A stretch of 64,000 nt of DNA from Eledone cirrhosa (Eukaryota). This document shows positions 51,829-64,000 of the stretch, piece by piece. The position numbers and the translations under genes were made by a program. The notes below the pieces were generated by a model. That model did no database searches, was not told where the DNA came from, and was given only the letters and a program-made list of their open reading frames with translations. Positions within the stretch are counted from its first letter, which is position 1, and the number at the start of each line of letters is the position of its first letter. The stretch spans positions 363,816,001 through 363,880,000 of the forward strand of contig OZ024743.1 in NCBI GenBank assembly GCA_964016885.1, read 5' to 3'.

Positions 51829-52275
51829 TAGAACTGAAAAATGCGCAAGCTCAAAAGAGCCACAGAATGTTATAATAAACCTTCAAAAGTGTGGGACTAG
51901 AGTTGTTGCTCAAAAATATTGTAATCATTATCTATTGTACACTCTGTGGCATCCTTTTTTAAAAAAAAAGAGACTCATAACGAACTCAAGACGACACGAC
52001 AATTATTTAAGCTAATGTTCAATATCTCATATTAGATGTTTAGTAATGATTAATACGAAATGCACTTAAAGCAAATTCTATATTATAAATTCATTTAATT
52101 AATTATCGTGTCGTCTGAGTTCGTTATGAGTCTCTCTTTTTATAAAAGGATGCCACAGAGTGTACGATAGATAATGATTACAATATTTTTGAGCAACAAC
52201 TCTAGTCCCACACTTTTGAAGGTTTATTATAACATTCTGTGGATCTTTTGAGCTTGCGCATTTTTCAGGTCTAGT
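51827..52275. repeat. Inverted repeat, ~180-bp arms, ~90-bp spacer
   Basis: actagaactgaaaa...gacacgacaatt versus aattatcgtgtc...ttttcaggtctagt; begins at (TA)n. Confidence 0.9.
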
Positions 52276-53171
52276 TTAATATTTTTTTAAGGCAACGCTT
52301 GTAATAACTCTAGTTAAACATGATATATATTAATAATAAATTATCGTTGTAAAGTAATAATATTATATAATTGTTATTTTATAAATGATCTTATAAATAT
52401 TATTGTAAGATGTATAAACATATTTTCAGACTTTTAATATAAACAACTACAAAAAACAATCAATATTAAATAAATATATTTTACATAATAATTGTTATAG
52501 TTGAATTAATAAAAATTAAATATTACATACAAATAGTCTAACATAACAATAAAAAAATAATCTAACATAATAATAATAAAATAATCTAACATAAAACGAA
52601 CAATAATATGGACAAATATACAAGTAAATATGATACAACCAATATTATAAGCATGTTATAACGAACTGAAAAAAAAATAGTTAATATAAATTTAAAAATT
52701 CATATATAAATTAACAATATAACTTACCAAAACGAGAAAAAATATTTTGATGATAAATGACGAAATACAGGAGGAAGATTCGAAAGCGAAACGATAAATA
52801 AACGTGCAAACAAAGTGGCGGAAGCTTTTGAGCAACAATTACTCTCATTGCTTGATTAGCCAATAAGACGATGAAATTAGCCAATAAGACGATACATTAC
52901 AAAAGATGTTTGGCAGGGATCACCACGGCCAACGAAACCTCTTGAATTTTTTTTATTCACAAGCAACGCATATATGTCAGACATGCAGACTTAAAACATT
53001 CTGTTGTTAGTCACTGCGTGTCTAACATATATATACGATGTCTGTTGGAAAAGTATCTAAACATATTTTTTCCCCTTAAGAATGAATGACATTAGGGAAA
53101 CAATAGAGGGAAGCCACATACATTCAAATGCATACGCGGTTTTGATGAGCTCGCTGGACGTGTGAGGTGCT

Positions 53172-53235
<64 letters not shown>

Positions 53236-53261
53236 ATATTTTCATTTCGCGCAATACTGCC

Positions 53262-53830
53262 AGAGGATCCAGAGTTCCTGGATACCGTGATAACAGATGA
53301 AACTTGGGTGTATGAGTTCAACCTAGAAGCCAAAGTACAATCATCAAAATAGATGCATATATCGTATTCAACACCCCCAAATCAAGAGGAAGTGGATTGT
53401 TTCCTTCGACTACCACGACGTTGTACATCACGAATACGCATCTAGAGGACATAGTTACAAAGGGGTACACTCGGGAAGTTCTCTGACCCAATCTGTAGCA
53501 AAACTGGCAGCTGCATCCCGACAGCTCGCCGGCTCATTCATCGAAACTGATCCAAGGTTTCTTGACAGATATGTCACTCATTCGCCAGACTCCCTACACT
53601 CTAGACATGACTCCGTCTGACTTCTGTTCCTAAAGGTTTTGTTCCTGTCTTTTTCCTAAAAGTGAATATGGCGCTAAAAGGCTTTAGCTTTAAGAGCCTA
53701 GAGGACATCATGCGGATTGCAACAGCAGAGTTGAGATCTTATCCGGAAGATGTATTCCAGACGTGCCTTAAACAATAGAAGAATCGTTAGCATAAGTGCG
53801 TGCGGGGTGCACAAGGGGCCTATTGCGAAG
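53262..53830 (+). pseudogene. mariner-type transposase remnant
   Basis: DPEFLDTVIT-DETWVYEF; LHPDSSPAHSS; PYTLDMTPSDF (cf. YSPDLAPSDF); stops and frameshifts. Confidence 0.8.
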
Positions 53831-54504
53831 TGGATTCACAATTGAATCCCACTAAGTACGTAATTTTTATTTCTACGTTTAAGGTCAATAATTTTTCGAA
53901 AGACCTTTTACACGCATAAATATATCTACATTTACATGTGTGTGTAATTGCATGTGTGTATATAAGACATATTTACACACACATAACAATAATTAAGTTG
54001 TGTGAAGTGTTATACTGAATGAATTATACCTGATGTAGCTAATGAAGTGGATAAGTTATCCTGGCAAATCTCTTCGCCTCGAACGTTTCGAATGAATTTA
54101 TATAGTATGTTCTTACTTATACGTCACCATGACGACCAAGACAATGGCTATGGCAATAATAATTGTGATGTGATAATGGTGATGTTAATGCGATAATGCC
54201 ACCATCATCACTACCACCAATATTTACCATCATCATCGCCACTAACACCACCATCATGGCTCAAAATATCTACAGGGTACTGCTTACTGCCAAACACACA
54301 CACACACACATACATATACATATATGCAAGGGCATAAACAAGCGCACGCGCACACACGCAAGCATGTACTCAAATTCATACAGCATATGGTTCTGTATGT
54401 TGACTTTAATTGTTAACTGAAGACGACAAACATGTTTGTAAATTTTATCTTGCTTTAATGTTTATACTTATATTTTTATTTACATTTATATTTTACAAAT
54501 ATTT

Positions 54505-56000
54505 AAAAACGGAAAAGGAAGGGAAAGTCAATGGCTCTATGGCTACAGCAAAATGGGAGGGAAAAGGAGAAGGGTGATGGGTTCTGGGTCTAGAACATGG
54601 TGGTGCGTAGGCTGTGCCCCATGGACAATGGCCAGCGACACCCGCTGCAACAGACACCCCACCTTGCGGGGCTCCTTCATCAGACGGGCTACTGACGTTC
54701 CAATCTTGCAAAGGAGCTCGACAGTACGGGGTCTGAGTACGCCTGAGGTCTCGACGGCGACCGGTGCGAAGAGGAAGCGGCCCGACAATCCTCGGTATTT
54801 GCTTGTCTTCCTTTCTTCTGCATTGCGAGTCACAGTACCGGGGGTTGTGGATGAGTTGGAGGCGGCGAACGTGTCACAGCATGTGGCGTCTCAGATGAAG
54901 AATCTACCACCTTCGAATGGGAAGGGGGGTAATTCCATCTGGGCGCTTGCCATCTCCGCGGTCAAAGCTTGCTGGCTCCTGTTGAGAAGGGAAGCCAGCT
55001 GCGCCCAGGCTCCTGCTCCATATGTCGTTGAGAGCGGCATGACGGGGGAACCGACCGACCTGCTTTCTGGCGGCAAGACATTGGGTACAGTCTGAATTTG
55101 TTAGTGATCACCTTGCAACAGTATTTATGTGGCTCACAGACGTGGAGGCCGAGGCGTTGGGGCACTCCGATGGGAGTGCACACGTCATCAAGAAGGGTAC
55201 CGGTTGATGAGGAGGGCACAGAATTGAGCCACGCACCACTGTATGACTGTGAAGCGGAGAAGCAAAGACAGCTGAGGCAGTGTTGTTCCAAGCCAGACTC
55301 GATCCGCCTGAAGGAAGACCTGCATTTGATGTCGTCCCATCTACTACGTCCTCACACGTCCCTGATATCAGCTGGGGGACCTCGATTTATGGCGAAGCAC
55401 TGATAAGACATCCGACTGTCATTCAAGCCCAGCACAACTAGAGCCGCCGAAACGTCGCCCTCAATTAGTTTCAGATTGACTCTGTCCCGGAGACGTTTCG
55501 TGTTGTCGGAAGTGGACTGCGGGCGCTGTGTGGGCACAGGAGGGCTGGACGAGAGGACTGAGAGGCTCGTAGGCGAAAGGTCGCAGATGAAACTATATTT
55601 CCCTTGAGACTTGAAGTCAATGAGGAACCCAATGTCTCCCGGCGTCGGGTTCCCTATCAACGGGATCCCGAGGACGAAGATCGCAAAACTGAACAGTTTG
55701 GTCCAATCTTGCGGGCCGCCTGAGTCAAGCGGGTGTATGGGTAGCTTTGGGGATTCTGGTGATGACTCTCCGAGACTGCCTGAGGTAAGAGATCGCCACA
55801 AGAAAATCCAGCAAGTTTGGTTCCTTGTTGTAGCGGAGGCCTGTGGCGTCGAGGTGGATAGGCATGACGGGCAGTGTCACCGGTGCAGGGATTCTGACGC
55901 ACGCTTGAGCTGTTACAGTTGGAGCAGTTCCTGCCTTTCTTGCACTAGTTGCACGTGGTGCACGAGTGGCACTGATCGACCTCCCGTGTGGTGTAAGGTT
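54505..56000 (-). mobile_element. CRE-clade-like RLE non-LTR retrotransposon, internally deleted and degraded
   Basis: SGAWLNSVP..GTLLD; WDATC.DT; FAPVAVETSG; LQRVSLAIVHG. Confidence 0.7.
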
Positions 56001-56382
56001 GTGGAGAGGCGGGTATTTAATTCAAGGGTGTTGGGTTGGAGGCGGAAAATTGAGAAATGGAGAGAGTGCGGGGGCGGTTGGTAGGTTTGTAAGGGGATAG
56101 AGTGAGAGGGAAGTAGGAAGAATGGGAGTATGGGAGTGTGGAGTGATAAGGAGGAGAAGAATGAATGGAGTGTGTGTACTTATATACATGTTGGATTTGA
56201 AAACTGGGAGAAAAGGCACTTAATATGTGTATATCATATGTTGTAGAATGTTCTAAAAGTTTAAGTTGTAAATAATAATTAGAACTGTACCATTCAGTTT
56301 AATACAGCTATCTATAGAAACCTTCTCACGCTATCGGGTAGAGTCACGACCCTAATATTGCCACAGCTCTTTCATTGAGATC

Positions 56383-56566
56383 ATAATTGTTTCTACTTTA
56401 GGCACAAGGCCAGCAATTACCCAGTGCATTACTGGTACTTTATTTTATCTACCCCGTAAGGATGAAAGGCAAAGTCAACCTCGGCGGGATTTGAACTCAG
56501 AACGTAAAGGGACGTAACTATGCTGGAAAGTATGGCGTCCGACCCTCTACTGATACTGCCAATCCA
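56383..56566 (-). mobile_element. SINE S1 copy
   Basis: Matches S1. Confidence 0.8.
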
Positions 56567-56627
56567 AATTTCATCGAAGGATCTCTCCATATGTGCGTGT
56601 GTAAATATGTCGTATACATGCAGATAC

Positions 56628-56667
<40 letters not shown>

Positions 56668-56670
<3 letters not shown>

Positions 56671-56767
56671 TAGCCTCCGAAACATAAGACCCTCTTCCTG
56701 CTACATCAAGCGTTAACCTAATATATACCTTCCATATACAGTACCGATTGTGTTGTTTACCTTTTAC

Positions 56768-56801
<34 letters not shown>

Positions 56802-59745
56802 GTGAAAGGTAAACAGAAATAACAACACAATCGGTACAGTATATGGAAGTGATATATTAGGTTAACGCTTGATATAGCAGGAAGAGGGTCTTAACGTTTC
56901 GGATGCTAGTCCTTCATCAGAAGAAAGAATCAGAAATAAGATAGATTCAGGGGATGGGTGGGTTGGAATTGGGTAAAATGTCTTCAGATAAAAATAACAT
57001 GTTGACATCTCTTGAGAAACTGTTGGTGCTGGCGTTTTGTGTATGATTTATTTTTTTAGAAAAGTGGATGATGGAGCGCGTCTACCTGAAATGGAAAAAA
57101 AAACGTTTTGTAAAAAGAGCTATACTTGTGCACGTGCGTAGGCATGTGCGTGTGTGTGTTATTATACGTCCGTACGAAGCTAAGAAGAAATGTGTGTGCG
57201 TATATGTGAGTAAAAGAGTATGTGTGCATGTAAGTACGAAGCTATGCGCAAAAGTATGTTAATATAAAGGTGTGTATGTGTGTATACAGAGCAGTGAAGG
57301 GAAAAGTGGAGTTAGCATATATAGTCGGCTTGTATTAGTTGTAAGAGAACTTGGGGTATTAGAGAATGGGGTATTAGAGAAATTGGGGAGGTGAGTTGAG
57401 TCCAAGAGGGGAATAGGATCCAAGGCTGTGAATCAAATTTTGTTCAGTCCTGGTGCGCGAGGTCTGTGATCCATGATGTAAAAGGACATGCAGGACCGAA
57501 ACCTGTAGGGAGGAATGACCAGGAGAACAGAAATGACGGGCGACAGGAGTATCCAAACCGAGTCGTATGTCCCTCAAATGCTCAGCAAAACGGTTCGCCA
57601 TACGGCGTCCCGTTTGTCCGATGTATAAAGACCCGCAAAGGGAACATCGGAGGGCATAGACAACGTGGGTGGATGTGCAGGTGAAAGAGTGGCGGATACG
57701 GAAAAACCCGTTTGGGCCTGTAAGAGTAGTGAGGGGGGAAATGAAGGGACAAGTGTTGCAGCGGGAACGGGAACAAGGATGAGAGCCGGGTGGAGTCGTG
57801 GGAGAGAACGAGAAGGAACTGCGAACCAGGAGGTCGTGGAGGGTGCTGGCGTGCTTAAAAGAAGTAATGGGTGGGTTTGGAAAAAAGCGATAAGTGACGG
57901 GGTCAGATGAGAGGAGGCGGAAGGAACGGAGGGTATATCGCCGGAGTGGTAGGGTGCTGGGGTGGTAGGTGAGGGGGAAAGGAACGTGGGTGAGGTTAGA
58001 GGGCTGTGATGCGGGCTGTTCCACGGGTGCGGGTGAGAGCAGCTTGGATCAGGGTGGGGGGGGGGGATATCCACGCTGGATGAAGCAGGAAGCCATTTGA
58101 AGGGAATGGCTTTCGAAATCGTCGACCTGGCTAGGAATTGGAAATAGGGTATGGAGTGGTTGGTGTGGGTTGGATGGTGGGAGGTGAAGTCGAGGTAAGA
58201 GTGTGTTGGTTTAATGAAGATGGAAGTAGAGAGGGTGTGGTAAGAATGATTAATAGATAGAGAGATATCTAGAAAAGCGACAGCAGAATCGGAGACGTGG
58301 GCGGTGAAATTGAGAGCAGGGTGAAAAGAAAGAAAGAAGTCGAGCCCGTTCTCGTGAGAGGTGGCGCCGATACAGTCGTCGATATAACGACCATATTGCT
58401 CAGGAGTCGGTCCAGCGTACTGGGAGAAGATCTGGGCTTCGACGTAGTCAGCAAACAAGTTGGCATAGTTTTTACCCATTCTGGTTCCCATCGAGACCTG
58501 CTGATAGAATTCACCCGAAAAAGAAAAGCCATTGAGGGTGAGAACAAGCTCAGCCAGACGGAGAAGAGTGGTAGTGCAGGGGTAAGAGGTAGGGCGTATG
58601 TCTAAAAAATGTTGGAGAGCGCGGAGGCCGTCATCATGAGAGAGGTGATGTCCAGGGTAAAGAGAAGGCGAGAGGGACCAGAAGGGAAGGAGCAGGAGTT
58701 AAAGAGTCTAAGGGCATGATTTGTATCGTGTATGTGGGAGGGGAGATTGCCGACAAACGGGGCGAGGATGGTGTCTAAATATTCAGAAATTATCTCGGTG
58801 GGGCAGTTGTACTAAAAAACGATAGGACGGGCGGGATTATTTTGTTTGTGTATTTTGGGGAGGAAGTAGATGGGAGGGTGTACGAGGGGTGCGTACAATA
58901 AGGTTGGTGGCTGTGGGGGTAGGAGAGAGAGGAGGAGATGAGCTCGTGGATGGTAGAGGACACGAGTTGTTGGTAACCAGGAGTGGGGTCGGAGGATAAA
59001 GGGCGGTTAAAAAGGGTATTGTGAAGCTGGCGGAGTGCCTCAGCCCTATAGAGGTCAGCGCTCCAAACCACCACAGCACCACCTTTGTTAGTGGGTTTGA
59101 TGACAATGTCATCGCGACGCCGAAGGTTGCGAAGAGCGGAGAGCTCAGTCCGCATGATGTAAGAGCGACGAGAATGCTGGTGGAAACGGAACCGATTCAC
59201 AGTACGCCGGCAAGTATCGACAAAGGAGTCGAGGGTGCTGAACTGGCCAGAGCTCGGCGTCCAATGTGATTGCTGGCGACTGAGACGAGTAGATAACAAA
59301 CAGAGTTACAAAATGTCTTATTAGTTTCACGCTTTATATTGGATAGAGACTACGAGAAATAATTCCATATACATTTAAGTATTAATTGATTATCTATTTA
59401 TTGATTATCTAGTTAGTTAATTGATTATCTAGTTAGTTTCTCTGGAATAAGAAGAAAAGTTAGGTAAATTTTATTTAAAAAATATATCATACACAAAACG
59501 CCATCATCAACAGTTTTCCAAGAGATGGCAACATGAATGGACCTGTTATTTTTCTCTAAAAACATTTTTTTCAAATTCCACCCCACCCGTCTCTTCAATC
59601 TTTCTTATTTCTCTTTCTTCTAATGAAGGACTAGCGTCCAAAACGTTAAGGCCCTCTCTCTCCCTGCTATTTCAAGCGTTAACCTAATATATTCCTTCCA
59701 TATACAGCACCGATTGTGTTGTTATTTCTGTTTACCTTTTACATA
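56668..59745 (-). mobile_element. Neptune-type PLE (frameshifted RT and GIY-YIG at 57374-59300) with 3' pLTR and inverted pLTR copies at both ends
   Basis: DIVIKPTNKGG, MGTRMG, YIDD, CSRSRCNTC linker, VVYALRC..C..LYIGQTGR..RFAEH; pLTR 56800-57060 (minus) mirrored at ~59460-59745 (plus) and 56668-56770 (plus). Confidence 0.9.
56889..56924 (-). ncRNA. Minimal type-I hammerhead ribozyme in the PLE pLTR
   Basis: TCTT-CTGATGA-A-GGA(ctagca)TCC-GAAACGTT-AAGA; palindromic helix III; decayed copy at about 59616-59650 (plus). Confidence 0.8.
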
Positions 59746-59773
59746 TATATACCTTTTACATGCACACATATAT

Positions 59774-59861
<88 letters not shown>

Positions 59862-60023
59862 AATGAATAATAACAGGTAGACATCATAAAAAGGTAATTT
59901 ATTCCGTGTGCTTACAAGTGTTTCCACGGTGGTACTCCATAACTCGTAGAGTAACCTCTTACCGTACGTCAACCATATCCAGTGTAGTAATTAACCATTA
60001 CTACATCTTGGATAATCCTATAC

Positions 60024-60106
<83 letters not shown>

Positions 60107-60325
60107 TCGGTCGCCCTCATGTCTCTGATTTTCAGCCCCATGGATTTTGTCTATTATATTCCTTCGTTATATTTCGAATACCTGATTAAAAAATTAAAAA
60201 ATTAGTGGACCAAAATCGTCATAGTATGAATGAACTTTGTAGAATGCACTGAAATATGGTAGGTAAAGGGGTATTTGTGTAAAAAAAAGAGATTTATATG
60301 TGTGAGAAAAAGATTTTAATCTTAA

Positions 60326-61822
60326 TTATGGATTAAGATAGCTGTATACTTGGTGAAATGACCTAAGCGATTTATGGATACAAAGCGAAAATAAATCTGT
60401 GCGTCTATTTATTATAGAGTTAAAATTAGAGATAATGGTAAATTTTTCCGCTAGGCATAAATTACATGTTCTGGATAGGGAAGCATTGAAATAAGGAGAA
60501 TCGTTGCAAATTTTTCTCCAAGAAATTTTGTAATTAATGTTTTTGTCTTTTAAGGACCAGATGAGTTCTGGGAGAGCAGTGTTTGTTCTTTTAAGTGAGT
60601 ATTTAAAAAACGAAGAATGGTTATATAATCTTGCCTTAAAGGAAGTAGAAGTAGAGCCAAAGTAGGTGTAAGAATTGGTACTAGTTATGACCTTACATTC
60701 GTATACTAAATTTTTATCGAGACAGTGATTATTAAGAGGACATTTAGTTCTATTAGGGCAATTGCATTTACGATTAATGTTATTAACAGAGTTATTTGTA
60801 AGTGGCCCAGAATTATTTATAGAAGGAATTGTATCGGAGAAATTACCTATAAGAGGTGCTAATGTTTCCTGATTTAGATTAGTATTAGGAGCATTCAACG
60901 AAATTACGTTTGACGTCGTATTTATATTTAAGGAATCTTGTCTAGAGTTTACATTGACGTCGGGCCTTATATTGTTATTATTATGACGCTCAGGGATGGA
61001 TGGATATGATTTATTATTTAATATTTTAGTATTATGTTTTGAGATAATGTTAGAGATGTTGGAAGTGGTGGAATAAGAGAATTTAATTGTATGCTTATTA
61101 AAGGTCTTACTATACATATGTGAAGGAGGGAAGCAATTAGCTAACGCCCTAAAAAATAGTTTAGGAATATTACTAATAATAGAAAGAGAAAAAGGAACGT
61201 TGTACCAAATAATATTTTTATATCTAGGTCTTCTCTTTATGCTATTGGAATGCTTATAACTAGCTATATTACTATAAGTTCTGCCATGATTGGTTTCATT
61301 ATTGTATTTAATTATGTCTGGATAACCAGCTCTGGATAGCGCATTATTGTAATAATTGGCTTTAGCGTCAAAGATAAGTTTATTAGAAGATAGATTAGAA
61401 ATTCTTTTTTCAACATTTCTGACTATAGCATTTTTAACATTAATAGGGTGGTTTGATTTAAAATTAACATAATTTAGATACTCATTATCCTTATGGTATG
61501 AGTAATATAGGCCGGTGTTGAGATTAAGGGATATATCCAGGAAGTTAGCTAATTTAACGTTGTTCTCAAATTCAATTTTTATGTTATGGTGCTTAAATAG
61601 ATCAAGTATATTATTCTTGATAATATTAAGGTTTTCTAAGTTACAGTTTAAGACAGTAAAAAGAGCATCGTCACGATAAATTCTAACGCGAAGTTGAGGA
61701 AATTTCCGATTTAAAGAGTTCAAGATGAAAATTCCAAGTCCGTCAATTGCGCTGAATCCGACGAACCCATGGTGATGTCAAAATTGTTGGAAGTATCAGC
61801 TCTAGTCCAATATTCGTTCTTT
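60326..61822 (-). mobile_element. Naiad-type PLE, 5'-truncated RT and GIY-YIG
   Basis: FDITMGSSDSAQ (upstream, frameshifted near 61740), YRDD, NFLDISLNL, CNCPNRTKCPL, LVYEC..YFGST..FKARL..H, CNLC..E. Confidence 0.9.
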
Positions 61823-62115
61823 TTTTCCAATTTCCTATATCCTTTTAAATTTATTTATCATATGTTGATTAGACACTACCTTGCTCACAAGTGTTTTTTT
61901 TAAGCTTCATATCATGTCTCCCTATTTTATCTGATGAGAACGCAAATATCGTCCCAGGATGATATTTGATTTTGAAATGCGCATAATAAAATACATGGAA
62001 CTTTTTTAACCATCTTTTAATTTCTTCTTATATATACTCCAGTCCAATAAACTGTTGAGTGCTACTTATCCGATATTTGCATTGCTTTATTGTGCTACAA
62101 TAAAACTCACCTCCT

Positions 62116-62172
<57 letters not shown>

Positions 62173-63021
62173 GCAATGTTCAATTTAAACGTATGTTATT
62201 ACTCTAAGGACCTACTATTGAGTGCTTTGCTAACTCATTCCTATTGTAGGTCGACTTTGCTTGCCCACAGCTAAAGCTTCGATTTTACTAAGCTTTCATT
62301 TATATATATATATATATACATATACACACACCAGTATATATACACTCACTCATACACAATACCCAGCACCTTCTCTCTTTGCACCCGTACTACCAACACC
62401 ACCTCCACACACACACACACATACATACATTCCACACACACATACAGGCCACCCTTACACACCTGCAAACTACTACTCGCCTGACAGCTCCCTACCTTCT
62501 TGACTGCTCTTCTCCTCCCTTCCCTCTCTTGCACACCCCTGCCATCTCCACCCCTTGGCTTGACCATCTTGACCACTTCCTGTTGCGCGCGCCCTACAAC
62601 TTTCTACTTCCTCCACGGAGTCTACTACTTTGGTTACACACTCAGATATCTACGAAGATTACACCATCATTCTACACACACACCGGAAAACCATGCAGGA
62701 ACACAAACACACATAAACACTTATACCATTTTCGCACACACGCAACCATACATTCCCACGTATCCATACCACACAAAACACACACACACGTCTGTATCCT
62801 CACATACACCCACTCCGCCTCCGGATTCCGAACACTCTCCCCCATCCCATCCGACTCCTATCCATCCACACGCACTCTCACACACACAGACTTACACTCC
62901 ACCCAACGTAGACAATGGTTTTCCAAACCCCAAGCATGCAGTCCCGCTCTCCCCCAGACTCTCACACGCATACACACATACACACACACGTGCACCTACA
63001 CACACACACATGTGTCCATTA

Positions 63022-63059
63022 CGAGCTGAGGATCCGTTAAGGTGAAATAATTGTTCTCG
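63022..63059 (+). ncRNA. Minimal type-I hammerhead ribozyme with one helix II mismatch
   Basis: CGAG-CTGAGGA-TCC(gttaa)GGT-GAAA-TAATTG-TT-CTCG. Confidence 0.6.
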
Positions 63060-63102
63060 GTATGGTGAACTAATTGTTGTGTAACCACTTCTATATATAT
63101 AT

Positions 63103-63378
63103 ATTGCAAGGTAAATGCGCCCGTAGGCGGTATGCCGGTTGAGCACTCGATGCTCGCACAGAGCAGAGTATAATATTATAAAGAACGAGGATTCAGTGTT
63201 GCATCATATCACATTTATTAATATATTACATATATATATCGATAGAGAGACATGTAATATGTTAATAAATGTGATATGATGCAACACTGAATCCTCGTTC
63301 TTATTTTATTATACTCTGCTCTGCGCGAGCATCGAGTGCTCAACCGGCATACCGCCTACGGGCGCATTTACCTTGCAA
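63103..63378. repeat. ~275-bp palindrome between (TA)n tracts
   Basis: ttgcaaggtaaatgcgccc... versus ...gggcgcatttaccttgcaa; centre near 63240. Confidence 0.9.
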
Positions 63379-63384
63379 CCCTAC

Positions 63385-63472
<88 letters not shown>

Positions 63473-63528
63473 TAAAGTATGTCCATAGAATCATTTGATA
63501 ACATATATACACCATTCCCTCTCCCAAT

Positions 63529-64000
63529 TAGCAGTAATAAACGAAGCTAAATTTTAAACATTTGATTTATTTATTTTATTTTATTTTATTTTACCCAACC
63601 AGGAACTGGGCATATCAGAGTATTGACAAAGTTATACACCTCAACAACATATGTACTTGTCTATACCACACCAATTCGGACTGCCTGAAGAGGTCACAGC
63701 CAAAGATGGCTGTCACCGAAATATATTATAGCAGTAATAAACGAAGCTAAATTTTAAACATTTGACTTATTTATTTTATTTTATTTTACATTACTCCGGA
63801 GTAACCAAACCAACCTGCGAGTGCTCCAATCTGCATACTGAGGTGTTGGTATACAACCAACATATACTAAAAAACTATAATACTACTCCAGAGAAAACCC
63901 AACGTACACAACTGTAACTGCACCTATCCTGACAAATGCCCCCTCGGCAATAACTGCCTGGAAAAAAATATCATTTATAAGTGTACCATTAAATCCGGAG
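63529..64000 (+). mobile_element. PLE: partial tandem pLTR then a Naiad-type linker/GIY-YIG fragment running off the window
   Basis: Direct repeat 63529-63588 / 63729-63788; HNCNCTYPDKCPLGNNCLEKNIIYKCTIKSG at about 63907-63999. Confidence 0.75.
63680..63735 (+). ncRNA. Type-I hammerhead ribozyme with intact core
   Basis: ACTGC-CTGAAGA-GGTcACAGCCA(aaga)TGGCTGTcACC-GAAA-TATATTA-TA-GCAGT. Confidence 0.85.

Noticed and set aside
52845-52895. Duplicated CCAAT boxes as a promoter
   Set aside because: Short local duplication (attagccaataagacgat) with no linked exon evidence
54553-56084. + strand ORFs of 100-180 aa
   Set aside because: Antisense shadows of the GC-richer CRE-like element
62379-63045. 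His/Thr-rich 216-aa and 181-aa ORFs
   Set aside because: Degenerate (CA)n-rich sequence, probably a retroelement UTR preceding the hammerhead at 63022

Overview
AT-rich, microsatellite-saturated eukaryotic (metazoan) genomic DNA. Cephalopod/Octopus origin is an inference from repeat content only. Most listed ORFs are microsatellite or antisense artefacts. The window is mostly degraded retroelements: Penelope-like elements (PLEs; Naiad-type and Neptune-type), many RTE-clade LINEs, an array of R4/Dong-like LINEs in (TACA)n, single Hero-like, CRE-like and L1/Tx1-like LINEs, and tRNA-derived SINEs. It also holds two hAT MITEs with 8-bp TSDs and a mariner remnant. Two results are not shown by the ORF track. 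(1) A spliced + strand host gene (exons at about 13.9, 25.9, 29.9, 32.2, and probably 41.1 and 42.0 kb) encoding a small precursor with an RRRR furin site, one EGF domain, a transmembrane helix and a short tail, plus a possible alternative EGF-less last exon. (2) About ten short non-coding fold-back or inverted-repeat cassettes from several unrelated families, embedded in microsatellites. Many carry type-I hammerhead ribozyme folds, and their fold-back or repeat boundaries fall at ribozyme helices or cleavage sites. All calls come from manual reading; no searches were run and element boundaries are approximate.
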